61,594 nt of DNA, taken from the NCBI GenBank assembly GCA_944389395.1, contig CALXME010000003.1, positions 1 through 61,594 of the forward strand. Direction: 5' to 3'. This document shows, in pieces, positions 29,924 through 42,395 of this stretch (positions are counted from its first letter, which is position 1; every line of letters starts with the position of its first letter). The stretch is from an uncultured Clostridia bacterium (lineage in GTDB: Bacteria; Bacillota; Clostridia; TANB77; CAG-508). A program made the translations under genes and the position numbers. Under the pieces are notes generated by a model. It saw only the letters and a list, made by a program, of their open reading frames with translations. It searched no databases and was not told the origin of the DNA.

Positions 29924-31027
29924 TTAAAACTGAAAATAATCTATTATTGCATCCACAATTTTTTTGCTTGCAAAACCATCTCCATAAGGATTGGTTGCTT
30001 TTGCCATTTTATTATATTCCTCTTTATTATCTAATAACAACTTTGTTTGCTTATATATTTCTTCTTCGTCGGTTCCCACTAACTTCAAAGTTCCTTTTTG
30101 TACTCCTTCTGGTCTTTCTGTGGTATCTCTTAAAACCAACACTGGTTTTCCTAAAGAAGGAGCTTCTTCTTGAATACCACCACTATCTGTTAATATTAAA
30201 TAGCTTTTATTCATAAGATTATGAAAATCTATTACATCTAATGGCTCTATTAATTTAATTCTAGGATTTCCTGCTAAAATTCTATTTACAATCTCTCTTA
30301 CTTTTGGATTTTTATGAACTGGATATATTACTTTTACATCTTCATATTCCTCTGCAATCTTCTTAACTGCCTTAAATATATTTTCCATTGGTGTTCCTAT
30401 ATTTTCTCTTCTATGAGATGTTAATAATATAATCCTTTCATTTTTATTAAAATCATCTATTTTAGAATTTTTGTAATCTTCTTTGATAGTCAATTTTAAA
30501 GCATCGATTGCTGTATTTCCAGTCACATATATATTTTTTTTCTTAGCTTCTCTTAATAAATTTTGTCTACTTTCTTCTGTTGGTGCAAAATGCATATCTG
30601 CTAATACACTAACCATTTGTCTATTCATTTCTTCTGGATAAGGAGAAAATTTGTTATAAGTACGAAGTCCTGCTTCCAAATGTCCTATTGTAGTACCATT
30701 ATAAAATGCAGCTAATGCTCCTGCAAATGTTGTAGTCGTATCTCCATGTACTAACACCATATCTGGCTTTACCTCTTTGATAATCTTTTCCAAACCAACT
30801 AAAGCCCTAGTTGTAATTTCAGCTAAAGTTTGTCCTTGTTGCATAATATTTAAGTCATAATCTGCTTTAATATCAAACTCTTGTAATATCTGGTCTAACA
30901 TCTCGCGATGCTGTGCTGTTACACAAACAATAGGCCTTGTTTCCTTTCTTGCCTCTAATTCTTTTATTACAGGTACTACTTTTATTGCCTCTGGTCTTGT
31001 ACCAAATACTACCATCACATTTATCAT
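29924..31027 (-). CDS. wecB: UDP-N-acetylglucosamine 2-epimerase (non-hydrolysing)
   Basis: VVFGTRPEAIK, HGDTTT, TDSGGIQEEAPSLGKPVLVLRDTTERPE. Confidence 0.9.
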   Translation of the reverse strand: MINVMVVFGTRPEAIKVVPVIKELEARKETRPIVCVTAQHREMLDQILQEFDIKADYDLNIMQQGQTLAEITTRALVGLEKIIKEVKPDMVLVHGDTTTTFAGALAAFYNGTTIGHLEAGLRTYNKFSPYPEEMNRQMVSVLADMHFAPTEESRQNLLREAKKKNIYVTGNTAIDALKLTIKEDYKNSKIDDFNKNERIILLTSHRRENIGTPMENIFKAVKKIAEEYEDVKVIYPVHKNPKVREIVNRILAGNPRIKLIEPLDVIDFHNLMNKSYLILTDSGGIQEEAPSLGKPVLVLRDTTERPEGVQKGTLKLVGTDEEEIYKQTKLLLDNKEEYNKMAKATNPYGDGFASKKIVDAIIDYFQF

Positions 31028-31765
31028 TTATTTTCTTCCCTTCTCTTTTTCTTTTTTTACTTCTTTTTTTAATTTAAAAATATATTTGATATTTCCCTCA
31101 TAAAATCTTTTCCATCTTGCTGGACTAAATGCAATTCTATATAACCACTCTAAATTCAATTTAATAAATATTTTAGGAGCGCGTTTTACACTATTACTTA
31201 TTACATCAAAACTACCTCCAACTCCTATTAATATCCCTTTATTAAATTTTTCTAGATTTTTATATATTAATTTTTCTTGTAAAGGTACACCTAATGCTAT
31301 TAATATAACATCTGCATTAGTTTTAGCTATTTCTTCCATTACCTTTTGTTTGTCTTTTACATAACCATTTTCTGCGCCTAAAAGTCTAATATTGGGATAT
31401 TCTTGTTTAAATTTGTCTTTCATTTTTTCTATTACTTCTGGCTTTGCTCCAAATAAATACATGCTCTTGTTATTTTCGTTGCAATATTTTATCAATTCTT
31501 GGGATAATTCTACTCCTGTAATTCTTTCTGGGATTTCTATACCAAATAATTTTGCACCTTTTACAACACCAATTCCATCAGCTACTATCTCGACATCTTG
31601 TTCTTTTAAAATATTATTAAATTCTTTATCTTGTTCACCTATCATTAATATTTCTGGATTAGCTGTAACAATAAATGTTCTTTTTTCCTGTTCTATTCTT
31701 TTTTTTAAATGTTCGAAATATTCTTTTTTGCTTTTTCTATATATTTTTTCCATATATATTTTCAT
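31028..31765 (-). CDS. tagA: WecG/TagA/CpsF family glycosyltransferase
   Basis: ADGIGVV, GVPLQE and EWLYR motifs. It abuts wecB (stop/start adjacent). Confidence 0.85.
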   Translation of the reverse strand: MKIYMEKIYRKSKKEYFEHLKKRIEQEKRTFIVTANPEILMIGEQDKEFNNILKEQDVEIVADGIGVVKGAKLFGIEIPERITGVELSQELIKYCNENNKSMYLFGAKPEVIEKMKDKFKQEYPNIRLLGAENGYVKDKQKVMEEIAKTNADVILIALGVPLQEKLIYKNLEKFNKGILIGVGGSFDVISNSVKRAPKIFIKLNLEWLYRIAFSPARWKRFYEGNIKYIFKLKKEVKKEKEKGRK

Positions 31766-31854
31766 CTATTTTCTCCCAAACTCATTTTATATTGTTATTA
31801 TACCTTTTATTTGTTGTTCTGTCTAGTTTTATTTATATATTTCCTTTATCGCAA

Positions 31855-31879
31855 AAGAGGTGGAAAATTTCCACCTCTT
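31855..31879 (-). terminator. Intrinsic terminator
   Basis: AAGAGGTGG-loop-CCACCTCTT followed by TTTGCG on the minus strand, just after the stop at 31890. Confidence 0.7.
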
Positions 31880-31889
31880 TGCTTCGAAT

Positions 31890-32297
31890 TTAAAAAATTT
31901 TTAACAATCTAAAACTTAAATGCCTCATGAAAATAAAATACCGCTCCTCTGTTTCCACTTTTGTTACACATTCCCACGTGTTGATTTTACTTGCTATTTG
32001 TGTTTTTCCTTTTATATGGGAATTAGTAACAGAAGTTATTTTACTTGAAAAGCCTCTTTTTAAGCAACCTCTTCTGAACGATTTTAAAGAAGAATATTTT
32101 TTCTTCTTTCCTTGTTTTACAATCTGCCTCGGTGGCATGCCACCTGCAACATACGGCTTAAATTGCAAGAATAAGTACCGCTCATCAAGCCAAGCCTTTT
32201 CAAGGCTTAAGCATTCTTTTCTTGCTTGTTTCAAGATTTCATTCACTTCGTTTTCATTGTTGCCATTACTTAAATAAATCCGTTCAACCCTTTCCAT
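31890..32297 (-). CDS. Hypothetical basic protein (135 aa), locally GC-richer, three in-frame CGG codons
   Basis: Good RBS (AAAGGAG, 6 nt, ATG). MERVERIYLSNGNNENEVNEILKQARKECL...KQGKKKKYSSLKSFRRG. No family recognised. Confidence 0.4.
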   Translation of the reverse strand: MERVERIYLSNGNNENEVNEILKQARKECLSLEKAWLDERYLFLQFKPYVAGGMPPRQIVKQGKKKKYSSLKSFRRGCLKRGFSSKITSVTNSHIKGKTQIASKINTWECVTKVETEERYFIFMRHLSFRLLKIF

Positions 32298-32401
32298 ATT
32301 TAACTCCTTTTAATCAAAAATTAGTTAATAGTTACAGTTTATGTTTTCTATTGTATCATATTTCATATATAAAATCAATTGTAATAATTGTTTTTATAAA
32401 T

Positions 32402-33559
32402 TTATCCAAAAATTCCTCTTTTTTTAATAGGTGGTTGTTCATTCATTGTTTTAGCAAGTTGTGTTAACAAATCTCTTTGCTCTTTTGTTAATCTTTTTGG
32501 AGTTTGCACGACTACTGTAAACACAAAATCCCCTACACTTGATGAATTTACAGATTTAAATCCTTTGTTACGAATTACAAATCTTGTTCCAGTTTGTGTT
32601 CCATCTGGTATTTTATAGATTTCTTTACTTCCATCTACCATTGGTATTTTTAGTTCTCCCCCCAAAGTTGCTTGTGTAATTGTAATTGGAATATCACATA
32701 AAACATTATTTCCACTTCTAGTGTAAATACTATGTTTTTTTATTCTTACTGTTATATATAAATCTCCTTTAGGTCCTCCTTTTTCTCCAGGATCACCTTC
32801 TCCTCTTAATACTACAGTTTGATTATCATCAATTCCTGCTGGAATTTTCACTCTTATTCTTGGTTGCTTTCTAACAGTACCTTTTCCTCGACAAGTTTCA
32901 CATGGTGTTTCTATTACTTCTCCTGTACCATGGCAGTTTGAACAAGTTCTTCTTGTTTGCATTTGTCCTAATATCGTATTTTGTACTTGTGTTACTTGCC
33001 CTGTTCCATGACATATAGAACATTTCTTTACACTTGTACCAGGCTTTGCACCTGTTCCATGACAAGTATCACATACATCATTTCTTGTAATAGTAATTTC
33101 CTTTTCTACTCCTAAAAAAGATTCTTCAAATGTAATATCCATTCGCAAATTTAAATCTGCACCTTTTTGAGGGCCAGTTTGTCTTCTGCTAGATGTTCTT
33201 CCTCCAAAACCTCCTCCAAAGAAAGATGAAAAAATATCTCCTAAATCTCCAAAGTCACCAAAATCAGAAGTAGAATAAGAATAATAACCTCCTTGTCCTC
33301 CAAAAGGACCTCCTGCTCCTCCAAAGCCTTGTGGACCATCTGCACCAAATTGGTCATACATTCTTCTTTTTTGGCTATCAGATAAGGTTTCATAAGCCTC
33401 ATTTACTTCTTTGAATTTTGCTTCTGCTTCTTCTTTATTATCAGGGTTTGCATCTGGATGATATTTTTTTGCTAGTCTTCGATAAGCCTTTTTTAATTCC
33501 TCATCAGTTGCATTTCTATTAACTCCTAATACCTCATAATAATCTCTTTTTCCTGCCAT
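32402..33559 (-). CDS. dnaJ: Molecular chaperone DnaJ
   Basis: J domain (HPD), G/F-rich linker, four CxxCxGxG zinc motifs. Confidence 0.95.
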   Translation of the reverse strand: MAGKRDYYEVLGVNRNATDEELKKAYRRLAKKYHPDANPDNKEEAEAKFKEVNEAYETLSDSQKRRMYDQFGADGPQGFGGAGGPFGGQGGYYSYSTSDFGDFGDLGDIFSSFFGGGFGGRTSSRRQTGPQKGADLNLRMDITFEESFLGVEKEITITRNDVCDTCHGTGAKPGTSVKKCSICHGTGQVTQVQNTILGQMQTRRTCSNCHGTGEVIETPCETCRGKGTVRKQPRIRVKIPAGIDDNQTVVLRGEGDPGEKGGPKGDLYITVRIKKHSIYTRSGNNVLCDIPITITQATLGGELKIPMVDGSKEIYKIPDGTQTGTRFVIRNKGFKSVNSSSVGDFVFTVVVQTPKRLTKEQRDLLTQLAKTMNEQPPIKKRGIFG

Positions 33560-33720
33560 GCTTTTAACCTTCTCCTCTTTCTAAATTTTCTCTTTGCATT
33601 ATTTCTCGTTCTCTCGCCAAGTCATGATGTTGACATCCTTCCTCTAGACACTAAACAGAAACCTCTCCAATCGGATAAAAAAGGAAATTTGAGACTACTC
33701 TCAAAATCCCTTTTATCATT

Positions 33721-35583
<1,863 letters not shown>

Positions 35584-35652
35584 TTATTCCTCCTTTTATT
35601 CTAATAGTGTGGGACACTAATTTTATTTATATTTTAAAATTTAATAACTTTT

Positions 35653-36165
35653 TTAATTGGCAACTACTACCATAGAATGCCTAATGATTTTACTTCCTAT
35701 TTTATATCCTTTTCTATATTCTTGTACAATTTCTTTTTCCCCTTTTGTTTCATCTTGAACACTACTTACTGCTTCGTGTAAACTAGGGTCAAATGTTTCA
35801 CCTACTGTTTTTATTTCTTCTACACCTTTAGAAATTAATACATCTTTTAATTGTTTTAATACTAATTCTATTCCTTTTTTATAATCTTCGTCTTTTGTTT
35901 CTATTTTTACTGCATTTTCTAAGTTATCTACTACTGGTAAAATTACTTCAATAACATCTGAAAGAATAGAATTATATAATCCTTCTCTTTCTTTTCCACT
36001 TCTTTTTTTGAAATTTTCGAATTCTGCTAATATTCTTTTATATCTATCATCTAATTCGTCATATTCTTGCTTTGGCACTACCTCTTCACATTTTTTTTCT
36101 GTTGCTTCTTGTTTCTCATTTTTTTCTAATTCTTCTTGCTTTTTTTCTGCCATTTTACTTTTCAT
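35653..36165 (-). CDS. grpE: Nucleotide exchange factor GrpE
   Basis: RILAEFENFKKR and FDPSLHEAV motifs. The ATGA overlaps the hrcA stop. Confidence 0.9.
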   Translation of the reverse strand: MKSKMAEKKQEELEKNEKQEATEKKCEEVVPKQEYDELDDRYKRILAEFENFKKRSGKEREGLYNSILSDVIEVILPVVDNLENAVKIETKDEDYKKGIELVLKQLKDVLISKGVEEIKTVGETFDPSLHEAVSSVQDETKGEKEIVQEYRKGYKIGSKIIRHSMVVVAN

Positions 36166-37175
36166 CCTTTCTCTATTTCATTCAATTTTTTATTAATATA
36201 TTTCATTACTGAAATAACTTTAGAATAATCCATTCTTTTTGGTCCAATAATACCTATTGTTCCTAAATCTTTTCCATTTACTTTATGTTTGAAAGTAACA
36301 ACACTAAAATCTTTTAGTTCTTCTTTTTCGTTTTCTTCTCCAATATAAACATTAATATCTTCTGCAAAACCTGAATTTAACATATCTGCCATCACATCTT
36401 TGGTATCCAATATATTAACAAAATTTTTGGCTACTTCTAAACTATTAAATTCTGGTAAATCAAAAGCTTTATTAGCACCTTCTAAATATATTTTTTCATC
36501 TTCTTTAAGTACCTTTTTAATTTGTTCTATGACTGGTTTTATAACATTTACACTATATGTCATTTCATCATATAGATATTCTTCTAATGGTCTATCAATT
36601 GTTTCTATTGGCTGTCCCTTTAGTTTATTATTAAACATATAATTCATGGTTTCTATTTGTTTTTCTGTTACATCTTCATCAAATTTAATAATTGTCTCTT
36701 TTACTAATCCTGTATCTGTTAAAATAACTGCTAACATCATTCTAGAACCTAACAATACAAATTTAATTTCTTGAATGAGTTGGCTTGTTGTTTTAGGCCC
36801 TATAGAAACTGTTGTATAATGTGTTACTTCTGAAATAGTATTGGCTGCAATCTTGGTTAAATCTTCTATTTCATTTACTTTAGTTTCTAACTTTGAACTA
36901 ATATATTTTATTTCTTCTAAACTAATGTCATCATCTTTTAGTAGTTCGTCAACATAGTAACGATATCCTTTTTCTGAAGGAATTCTTCCACTAGATGTAT
37001 GTGTTTTATCCAAATACCCTGCCTTTTCTAAGTCTGCCATTTCATTTCTAATAGTTGCACTACTACAATCTAATCCATGATTACTTGTTAAAGCATTAGA
37101 ACTAACTGGTTCTGCTGTATTTACATATTCCTCTACAATTGCTTGCAATACTTTTTTCTTTCGCTCATCTAACAA
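36162..37175 (-). CDS. hrcA: Heat-inducible transcription repressor HrcA
   Basis: LDERKKKVLQAIVEEYVNTAEPVSS, a winged-helix N-terminus. I prefer the TTG at 37175, which follows SD AAGAGGTG. The listed GTG at 37196 lies inside the CIRCE operator. Confidence 0.9.
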   Translation of the reverse strand: MLDERKKKVLQAIVEEYVNTAEPVSSNALTSNHGLDCSSATIRNEMADLEKAGYLDKTHTSSGRIPSEKGYRYYVDELLKDDDISLEEIKYISSKLETKVNEIEDLTKIAANTISEVTHYTTVSIGPKTTSQLIQEIKFVLLGSRMMLAVILTDTGLVKETIIKFDEDVTEKQIETMNYMFNNKLKGQPIETIDRPLEEYLYDEMTYSVNVIKPVIEQIKKVLKEDEKIYLEGANKAFDLPEFNSLEVAKNFVNILDTKDVMADMLNSGFAEDINVYIGEENEKEELKDFSVVTFKHKVNGKDLGTIGIIGPKRMDYSKVISVMKYINKKLNEIEKG

Positions 37176-37189
37176 ATTTATCACCTCTT

Positions 37190-37216
37190 TTAGCACTCTT
37201 TATATTAGATTGCTAA
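37190..37216 (-). promoter_or_regulatory. CIRCE operator (HrcA binding site), proximal
   Basis: TTAGCACTC-N9-GATTGCTAA, one mismatch to the consensus TTAGCACTC-N9-GAGTGCTAA. Confidence 0.85.
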
Positions 37217-37239
37217 CTCACTATATACTATACCCATTT

Positions 37240-37266
37240 TTAGCACTTGTCAATACATTTTGCTAA
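37240..37266 (-). promoter_or_regulatory. CIRCE-like operator, distal (more degenerate)
   Basis: TTAGCACTT-N9-TTTTGCTAA, 50 nt from the proximal copy (start to start). Confidence 0.6.
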
Positions 37267-37346
37267 AATCTTTTGTGAATTTTTTGTGAACAAAAAAAGC
37301 ATATATACCACATATATGCCTTTTCATTCTTTTACAAAAAAATAAA

Positions 37347-37712
37347 TTAAAGACTAAAGCCAGAAAATGTATACATTGATACTAGTATAACATCCACAGC
37401 TCCCACACAAAGTCCTACTATTCCCATCCATTTATTATTTTCTTCTTTTGCATTAAACTTTACAATACCAATAATTCCTGTAATCACAGCAACAGTTCCA
37501 CAAGGTATACCCATAATCAAAAGACCTACCATAGAAAAAATAAAACTAATTAAACACAATGTATTATTTCTTAAACCTTTTTTTTCTTCACTTACTACTT
37601 CTGCAATATGAATTGTTTCTTTTGTTCCTTCTTGTGCTTTAGGTTCTTCTTTTTCAATAGTTTCATCATTTTTTACTTGTTCTTTTTCTAATTCTTCCTT
37701 ATTTTCTTCCAT
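37347..37712 (-). CDS. Small membrane protein (DUF4190-like)
   Basis: Acidic N-terminus, then two or three Gly-rich TM helices (MGIPCGTVAVITGIIGIV). Confidence 0.5.
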   Translation of the reverse strand: MEENKEELEKEQVKNDETIEKEEPKAQEGTKETIHIAEVVSEEKKGLRNNTLCLISFIFSMVGLLIMGIPCGTVAVITGIIGIVKFNAKEENNKWMGIVGLCVGAVDVILVSMYTFSGFSL

Positions 37713-37768
37713 ACTCCCACTCTCCTTTTATTAATTTAACCTAACTGTATCATTTTCCTTTTTTATTG

Positions 37769-38608
37769 TCAACTAATTATAATAAATATCATAATTCCAA
37801 TAGATTGAATAATAAATAAATTTAGAATATTAGAAGTCAGTAAATTATTCGTTGCTTCTACTACCCCTAAAATATCATCCTCTTTTTGTGCTTTATAATG
37901 TTTTTGTGCTTCAAAAAAGGTAATTAATTCTGGTACACTTGTAATAATTCCTAATAAAATTCCAATTATAAATTGCGGAGTTCCAAATCCATCACATAAA
38001 TTTTCTAATGTTTTTCCCAATATATCTCCTATTATAAATAATAATATTCCTGTTATAATTAAATATAGCACATATTTTATTGTTTTCTTTCCTTTTTCTT
38101 TTTTCTCCTCTTCTTCTATTTGTTTTTCTAATGCTTTTTCTTGTTCTTTCAAATACAGTTTATGTGCATGATGGTTAAAAGAACGAAATAAAAAATATAA
38201 AATTACAAAAATAGGAACTACTACAATATTTATTTCCCAATCTAATAAGATAAATACAATTGGTATTACAATTGTAATTCCCACCAACAATAAATCTATT
38301 TTTATAGCTTTATTTTGAAAGCTTTTCTGATTTTTATTTCCATAGATAGATGCCATATACTGTATGAAATTAATAACATTAGAGCTTAAAATATTAACTA
38401 GGCTAGCTCCTATCAATCCATTAAAACTAGAAACAGTTACAGTTAATAATTCTGGCACAGAAGTAGCTAACCCTGCCACATTTCCTACTGTTTTAGGTTT
38501 CAAGTTCAAATTTTCTGCTAGTTTTCGTAAAGTCGTAACTAAAATATATTTAGAAATGACAACAATTAATCCAGAATACACTAAAAATTTTATTACTTCC
38601 ACTATCAT
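37769..38608 (-). CDS. Sodium/calcium exchanger family membrane protein
   Basis: Two alpha-repeats, GLATSVPELLTV and GIITSVPELITF, separated by a charged loop. Confidence 0.75.
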   Translation of the reverse strand: MIVEVIKFLVYSGLIVVISKYILVTTLRKLAENLNLKPKTVGNVAGLATSVPELLTVTVSSFNGLIGASLVNILSSNVINFIQYMASIYGNKNQKSFQNKAIKIDLLLVGITIVIPIVFILLDWEINIVVVPIFVILYFLFRSFNHHAHKLYLKEQEKALEKQIEEEEKKEKGKKTIKYVLYLIITGILLFIIGDILGKTLENLCDGFGTPQFIIGILLGIITSVPELITFFEAQKHYKAQKEDDILGVVEATNNLLTSNILNLFIIQSIGIMIFIIIS

Positions 38609-38833
38609 CTTTTATGATTCCTCCAAGCAATTTCATTAGAATAAGATTTTTTACATTCACAATTGATATATTAATATATCTATAGAACAGGCTTTTCTAA
38701 TATGATATAAAACAGCTGTGAATTATAACAAATTTTAATATATTACTATTTTTATTTTACCCAATTTATTGCCATTTATTAGAAAATATTGTATAATAGC
38801 CCTATATTAAAATATTAAAGGAGATGTAGAAAC

Positions 38834-39094
38834 ATGGATACTGTAAAAATTGGAAAAGTTTATCGTCATTTCAAAGGTAACTATTGTTTTGTAGAAAATA
38901 TAGCTTATGACTCGGAAACAAAAGAAAGAATGGTAGTATATAAGCCCCTTTATCCAAGAGAAGATAATAGATATATTTGGGTAAGACCAGAAAAGATGTT
39001 TTTAGAAGAAATTCCTAATCGTCCAGATAATATAACTGGACAAAAAGTAAGATTCGAATTAGTAGACAGTATAGACAAAAATTATTTAAAATAA
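38834..39094 (+). CDS. DUF1653 domain protein
   Basis: YRHFKGNYC...ETKERMVVYKPLY...WVRPEKMF, the DUF1653 signature. Confidence 0.75.
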   Translation: MDTVKIGKVYRHFKGNYCFVENIAYDSETKERMVVYKPLYPREDNRYIWVRPEKMFLEEIPNRPDNITGQKVRFELVDSIDKNYLK

Positions 39095-39130
39095 TATTCC
39101 TTACTATATGAAAATTCATGGAGGTATAAA

Positions 39131-40417
39131 ATGATAGATATTAAATTTTTAAGAGAAAACCCTGAAATAGTAAAAGAAAACATAAAAAGAAAATTTCAAG
39201 ACCATAAATTAATTTTAGTAGATGAAATCATAAGTCTTGACCAAAAAAACAGAGAAGCCAAATTAAATGGAGATAATTTAAGAGCTCAAAGAAAAACATT
39301 AAGTAGTCAAATCGGTAACTTAATGCAATCAGGAAAAAAAGAAGAAGCAGAAAATATCAAAAAACAAGTACAAAAAATTAATGAAGAGTTATCCAAAAAT
39401 GAAGCTCTTGAAATACAATATGCTGAAGAAATCAAAACAAGAATGATGAAAATACCAAATATCATGCATGAATCTGTACCTATTGGAAAAGATGACAGTG
39501 AAAATGTAGAAAATGAAAAATTTGGAGAACCTGTTGTTCCTGACTATGAAATTCCTTTCCATGGTGAAATTTTAGAATCTCTAGGAGGATTAGATTTAGA
39601 CAGTGCAAGACGTGTCAGCGGAAATGGTTTTTATTATCTAATGGGTGATGTAGCAAGATTACATTCTGCAGTTTTGACTTATGCTAGAGACTTTATGATT
39701 AATAAAGGATTTACTTATTGTATTCCCCCATTTATGATAAGAAGTGACGTTGTTACTGGTGTTATGAGTTTTGAAGAAATGGATGCCATGATGTATAAAA
39801 TTGAAGGAGAAGACTTATATTTAATTGGTACAAGTGAACACTCTATGATTGGTAAATTCAAAGACCAAATTCTAAAAAAAGAAGAAATGCCATATACAAT
39901 GACATCTTATTCTCCTTGTTTTAGAAAAGAAAAAGGCGCACATGGTATGGAAGAACGTGGAGTATATAGAATTCACCAATTTGAAAAACAAGAAATGATA
40001 GTGGTTTGCGAACCAGAAGATAGCTGGAATTGGTATGAAAAAATGTGGTCATACACAGTTGAATTTTTTAGAAGCATGAATATTCCTGTTAGGACTTTAG
40101 AATGTTGCAGTGGTGATTTAGCTGATTTAAAAGCAAAATCTTGTGATGTAGAAGCATGGAGCCCTAGACAACAAAAATATTTTGAAGTAGGAAGTTGTTC
40201 TAATTTAACAGATGCACAAGCAAGAAGGCTTGGAATTCGAATAAAAGGAGAAAACGGAAACTATTTTGCACATACTTTAAATAATACTGTTGTTGCTCCA
40301 CCTCGTATGCTAATTTCCATTGTAGAAAATAATTATCAACCAGATGGTAGTGTTATTATTCCTGAAGTTCTAAGACCTTATATGGGTGGACTAGAAAAAA
40401 TCGAACCAAAAAAATAA
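39131..40417 (+). CDS. serS: Serine--tRNA ligase
   Basis: N-terminal coiled coil and class II motifs (FRKE, HQFEKQE, GSCSN). Confidence 0.95.
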   Translation: MIDIKFLRENPEIVKENIKRKFQDHKLILVDEIISLDQKNREAKLNGDNLRAQRKTLSSQIGNLMQSGKKEEAENIKKQVQKINEELSKNEALEIQYAEEIKTRMMKIPNIMHESVPIGKDDSENVENEKFGEPVVPDYEIPFHGEILESLGGLDLDSARRVSGNGFYYLMGDVARLHSAVLTYARDFMINKGFTYCIPPFMIRSDVVTGVMSFEEMDAMMYKIEGEDLYLIGTSEHSMIGKFKDQILKKEEMPYTMTSYSPCFRKEKGAHGMEERGVYRIHQFEKQEMIVVCEPEDSWNWYEKMWSYTVEFFRSMNIPVRTLECCSGDLADLKAKSCDVEAWSPRQQKYFEVGSCSNLTDAQARRLGIRIKGENGNYFAHTLNNTVVAPPRMLISIVENNYQPDGSVIIPEVLRPYMGGLEKIEPKK

Positions 40418-40461
40418 TTATTTGTCACTTTTATTTCAACTAACCAGAAGGAGATTAAAAA

Positions 40462-41043
40462 ATGTTAATTAAAAACCCTAAATTTGAAATATCAGCAGTA
40501 GGGCCAAAACAATACCCAAGCCAAGGATTACCTGAAATTGTATTGGTCGGAAAATCTAATGTTGGAAAATCTAGTTTTGTAAATACAATGATTCATCGAA
40601 AAAAATTAGCTAGAACCAGTAGCGAACCTGGTAAAACAAGACAAATTAACTTTTATAATATGGATGACCAATTCTATTTTGTAGACTTACCGGGATATGG
40701 TTACAGCAAAATGTCTAAAAAAGAACAAGAACAAGTTGGTAAATTTATAGAAAATTATTTATTTCATCGTGAAGAAATATCTCTTATTATCTTTTTAATA
40801 GATATTAGACATAGTCCCACTGCTAATGATAAACTAATGTATCAATATATTATTTCTTCTGGTTTACCTTGTTTAATATTAGCAAACAAAGCTGATAAAA
40901 TAGCTATCACAAAAGTAGTTCCTACTGTAAAAAGTCTACAAAAACAATTAAATCCCATCGGTGATATTCCAACCCTACCTTTTTCTTCTGAACGAAAAAT
41001 TTATGAAGATGAAGTTTGGAAAATAATTGAACAATATATTTAA
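40462..41043 (+). CDS. engB: Ribosome biogenesis GTP-binding protein YsxC/EngB
   Basis: GKSNVGKSS (G1), DLPGYG (G3), NKADK (G4). Confidence 0.9.
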   Translation: MLIKNPKFEISAVGPKQYPSQGLPEIVLVGKSNVGKSSFVNTMIHRKKLARTSSEPGKTRQINFYNMDDQFYFVDLPGYGYSKMSKKEQEQVGKFIENYLFHREEISLIIFLIDIRHSPTANDKLMYQYIISSGLPCLILANKADKIAITKVVPTVKSLQKQLNPIGDIPTLPFSSERKIYEDEVWKIIEQYI

Positions 41044-41071
41044 ATCTTTTTCTCTTCTATTTTACGACAAA

Positions 41072-41100
41072 GACAGGTGTTATTTCACACCTGCCTTTTT
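41072..41100 (+). terminator. Intrinsic terminator after engB
   Basis: CAGGTGT-loop-ACACCTG followed by CCTTTTT. Confidence 0.6.
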
Positions 41101-41125
41101 AGGTTTTTAAACAACTTTTTAAACT

Positions 41126-42118
41126 TCATTGAATAGCTTGGTAACATATAGTTTTGTTTATTTCTTGTGCTTTCACCATCTTTTTTTCACGACACTGCAT
41201 CAACAAGTTTTGTAATTTTTTTGGTTCTCCTCTAAATTCCGCTAAAATTTTAGAAAAGGGAACTGGTCTATCTATTCTAAGCAAAAAATAATATAACCGG
41301 AAAATATCTTCCACCTTATATCTTCCATCTTGTTCTGTTTCCCTAATACAGCCTTCTTTTAATGCTAATTGTATTACCTCCACTATGTCGTTTGATTTTG
41401 TCGGTAACTTTTTTCTCAAATTTTCAACACTAAAAGCAGTCTTTGTAAAAATATATTCCACTACTTCATAATATTTCCAATTTGAAAAAAGCTCTTTGCA
41501 TTGTTTAAATACAAAATTTTTTTGTTCTTCCTTTTCTTTCTGCTTTATAGAAGCTTCCAAACTATTCTTCAGCTCTTCCTTTTCTAATGGAGTAGAGGAT
41601 TGTTTTTCTTCAGAATTTTCCTGATGTTCTTCAATCTGCTTCTGCTCTTCTGGGTTAGATTTTTCTACAAGTTCATACTTTCCTCTTTTTAACCTTTGAA
41701 TAATTCCCTTTTCTAATAATCGCATACATGCTGAATTTACGGCACTTCTACTCAGTTGCATTTTTTCGACCAATTCAATCATTGTAACTGTTCCTTCAGA
41801 TTTAAGAATCTCTATTATTTTGTTTTGTGTCATGGATTTTCTTCCGACAGAATGTCTTTCTTTTTCTTTCTGTTTAGAAAATGCTATATCCTTAGACTCT
41901 TTTTTAGAAACTTCTTTGTTGTTTTTTTCTTTTTCCTGTTGTAATTTAAACATTACCTCATTGTTCAAATCTTCTTTCAATAATTTAGAAAAAAACTTTA
42001 CAGCTTCCTCTAACTCCATTTCTAGTGAAAAATCAGGAACTTCATGTCCTTTTTCTTCCATCATTTTGAACAATTTGAATATTGTCCGATATGTTTTTGG
42101 TGTTACTTTTACTAACAT
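41126..42118 (-). CDS. Hypothetical protein with winged-helix (MarR-like) segment and Glu/Lys-rich linkers; two in-frame CGG codons
   Basis: IIEILKSEGTVTMIELVEKMQLSRSAVNSACMRLLEKGIIQRLKRGKYELV is HTH-like. There is no other recognisable domain. Confidence 0.5.
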   Translation of the reverse strand: MLVKVTPKTYRTIFKLFKMMEEKGHEVPDFSLEMELEEAVKFFSKLLKEDLNNEVMFKLQQEKEKNNKEVSKKESKDIAFSKQKEKERHSVGRKSMTQNKIIEILKSEGTVTMIELVEKMQLSRSAVNSACMRLLEKGIIQRLKRGKYELVEKSNPEEQKQIEEHQENSEEKQSSTPLEKEELKNSLEASIKQKEKEEQKNFVFKQCKELFSNWKYYEVVEYIFTKTAFSVENLRKKLPTKSNDIVEVIQLALKEGCIRETEQDGRYKVEDIFRLYYFLLRIDRPVPFSKILAEFRGEPKKLQNLLMQCREKKMVKAQEINKTICYQAIQ

Positions 42119-42395
42119 ATTACCTCTCCTTTTAAATTTGAAACCTATCGTATAGTTACAGTTGCCTTAACCTCCTTTTTTTATTTTACCAGATACTCAT
42201 CTGGCAAGTGCTAAACCTAGCATTTAAGCCCATTTTAACACAAAAGTTTACATATTGCAATCCATGATGAGAAAAAAATTACAAAATTAAATTTATGTTG
42301 ACTTTTAATATATAATGCTATATAATAATGACAACTTTATAAACTAATAAGTCGATTGTATTGTCCAATCGCACTACAAAAAAATGGAGGTTTTT

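Noticed and set aside
31392-31912. Several overlapping plus-strand ORFs (144, 72 and 67 aa)
   Set aside because: They are antisense to tagA and rich in Phe/Ile/Leu, which is typical of spurious ORFs in AT-rich DNA.
38640-39130. T-box leader upstream of serS, and likewise upstream of lysS (6233-6358) and gltX
   Set aside because: The intergenic regions are too short or are occupied by the DUF1653 gene. I could not find a T-box (AGGGTGGTACCGCG-like) sequence.
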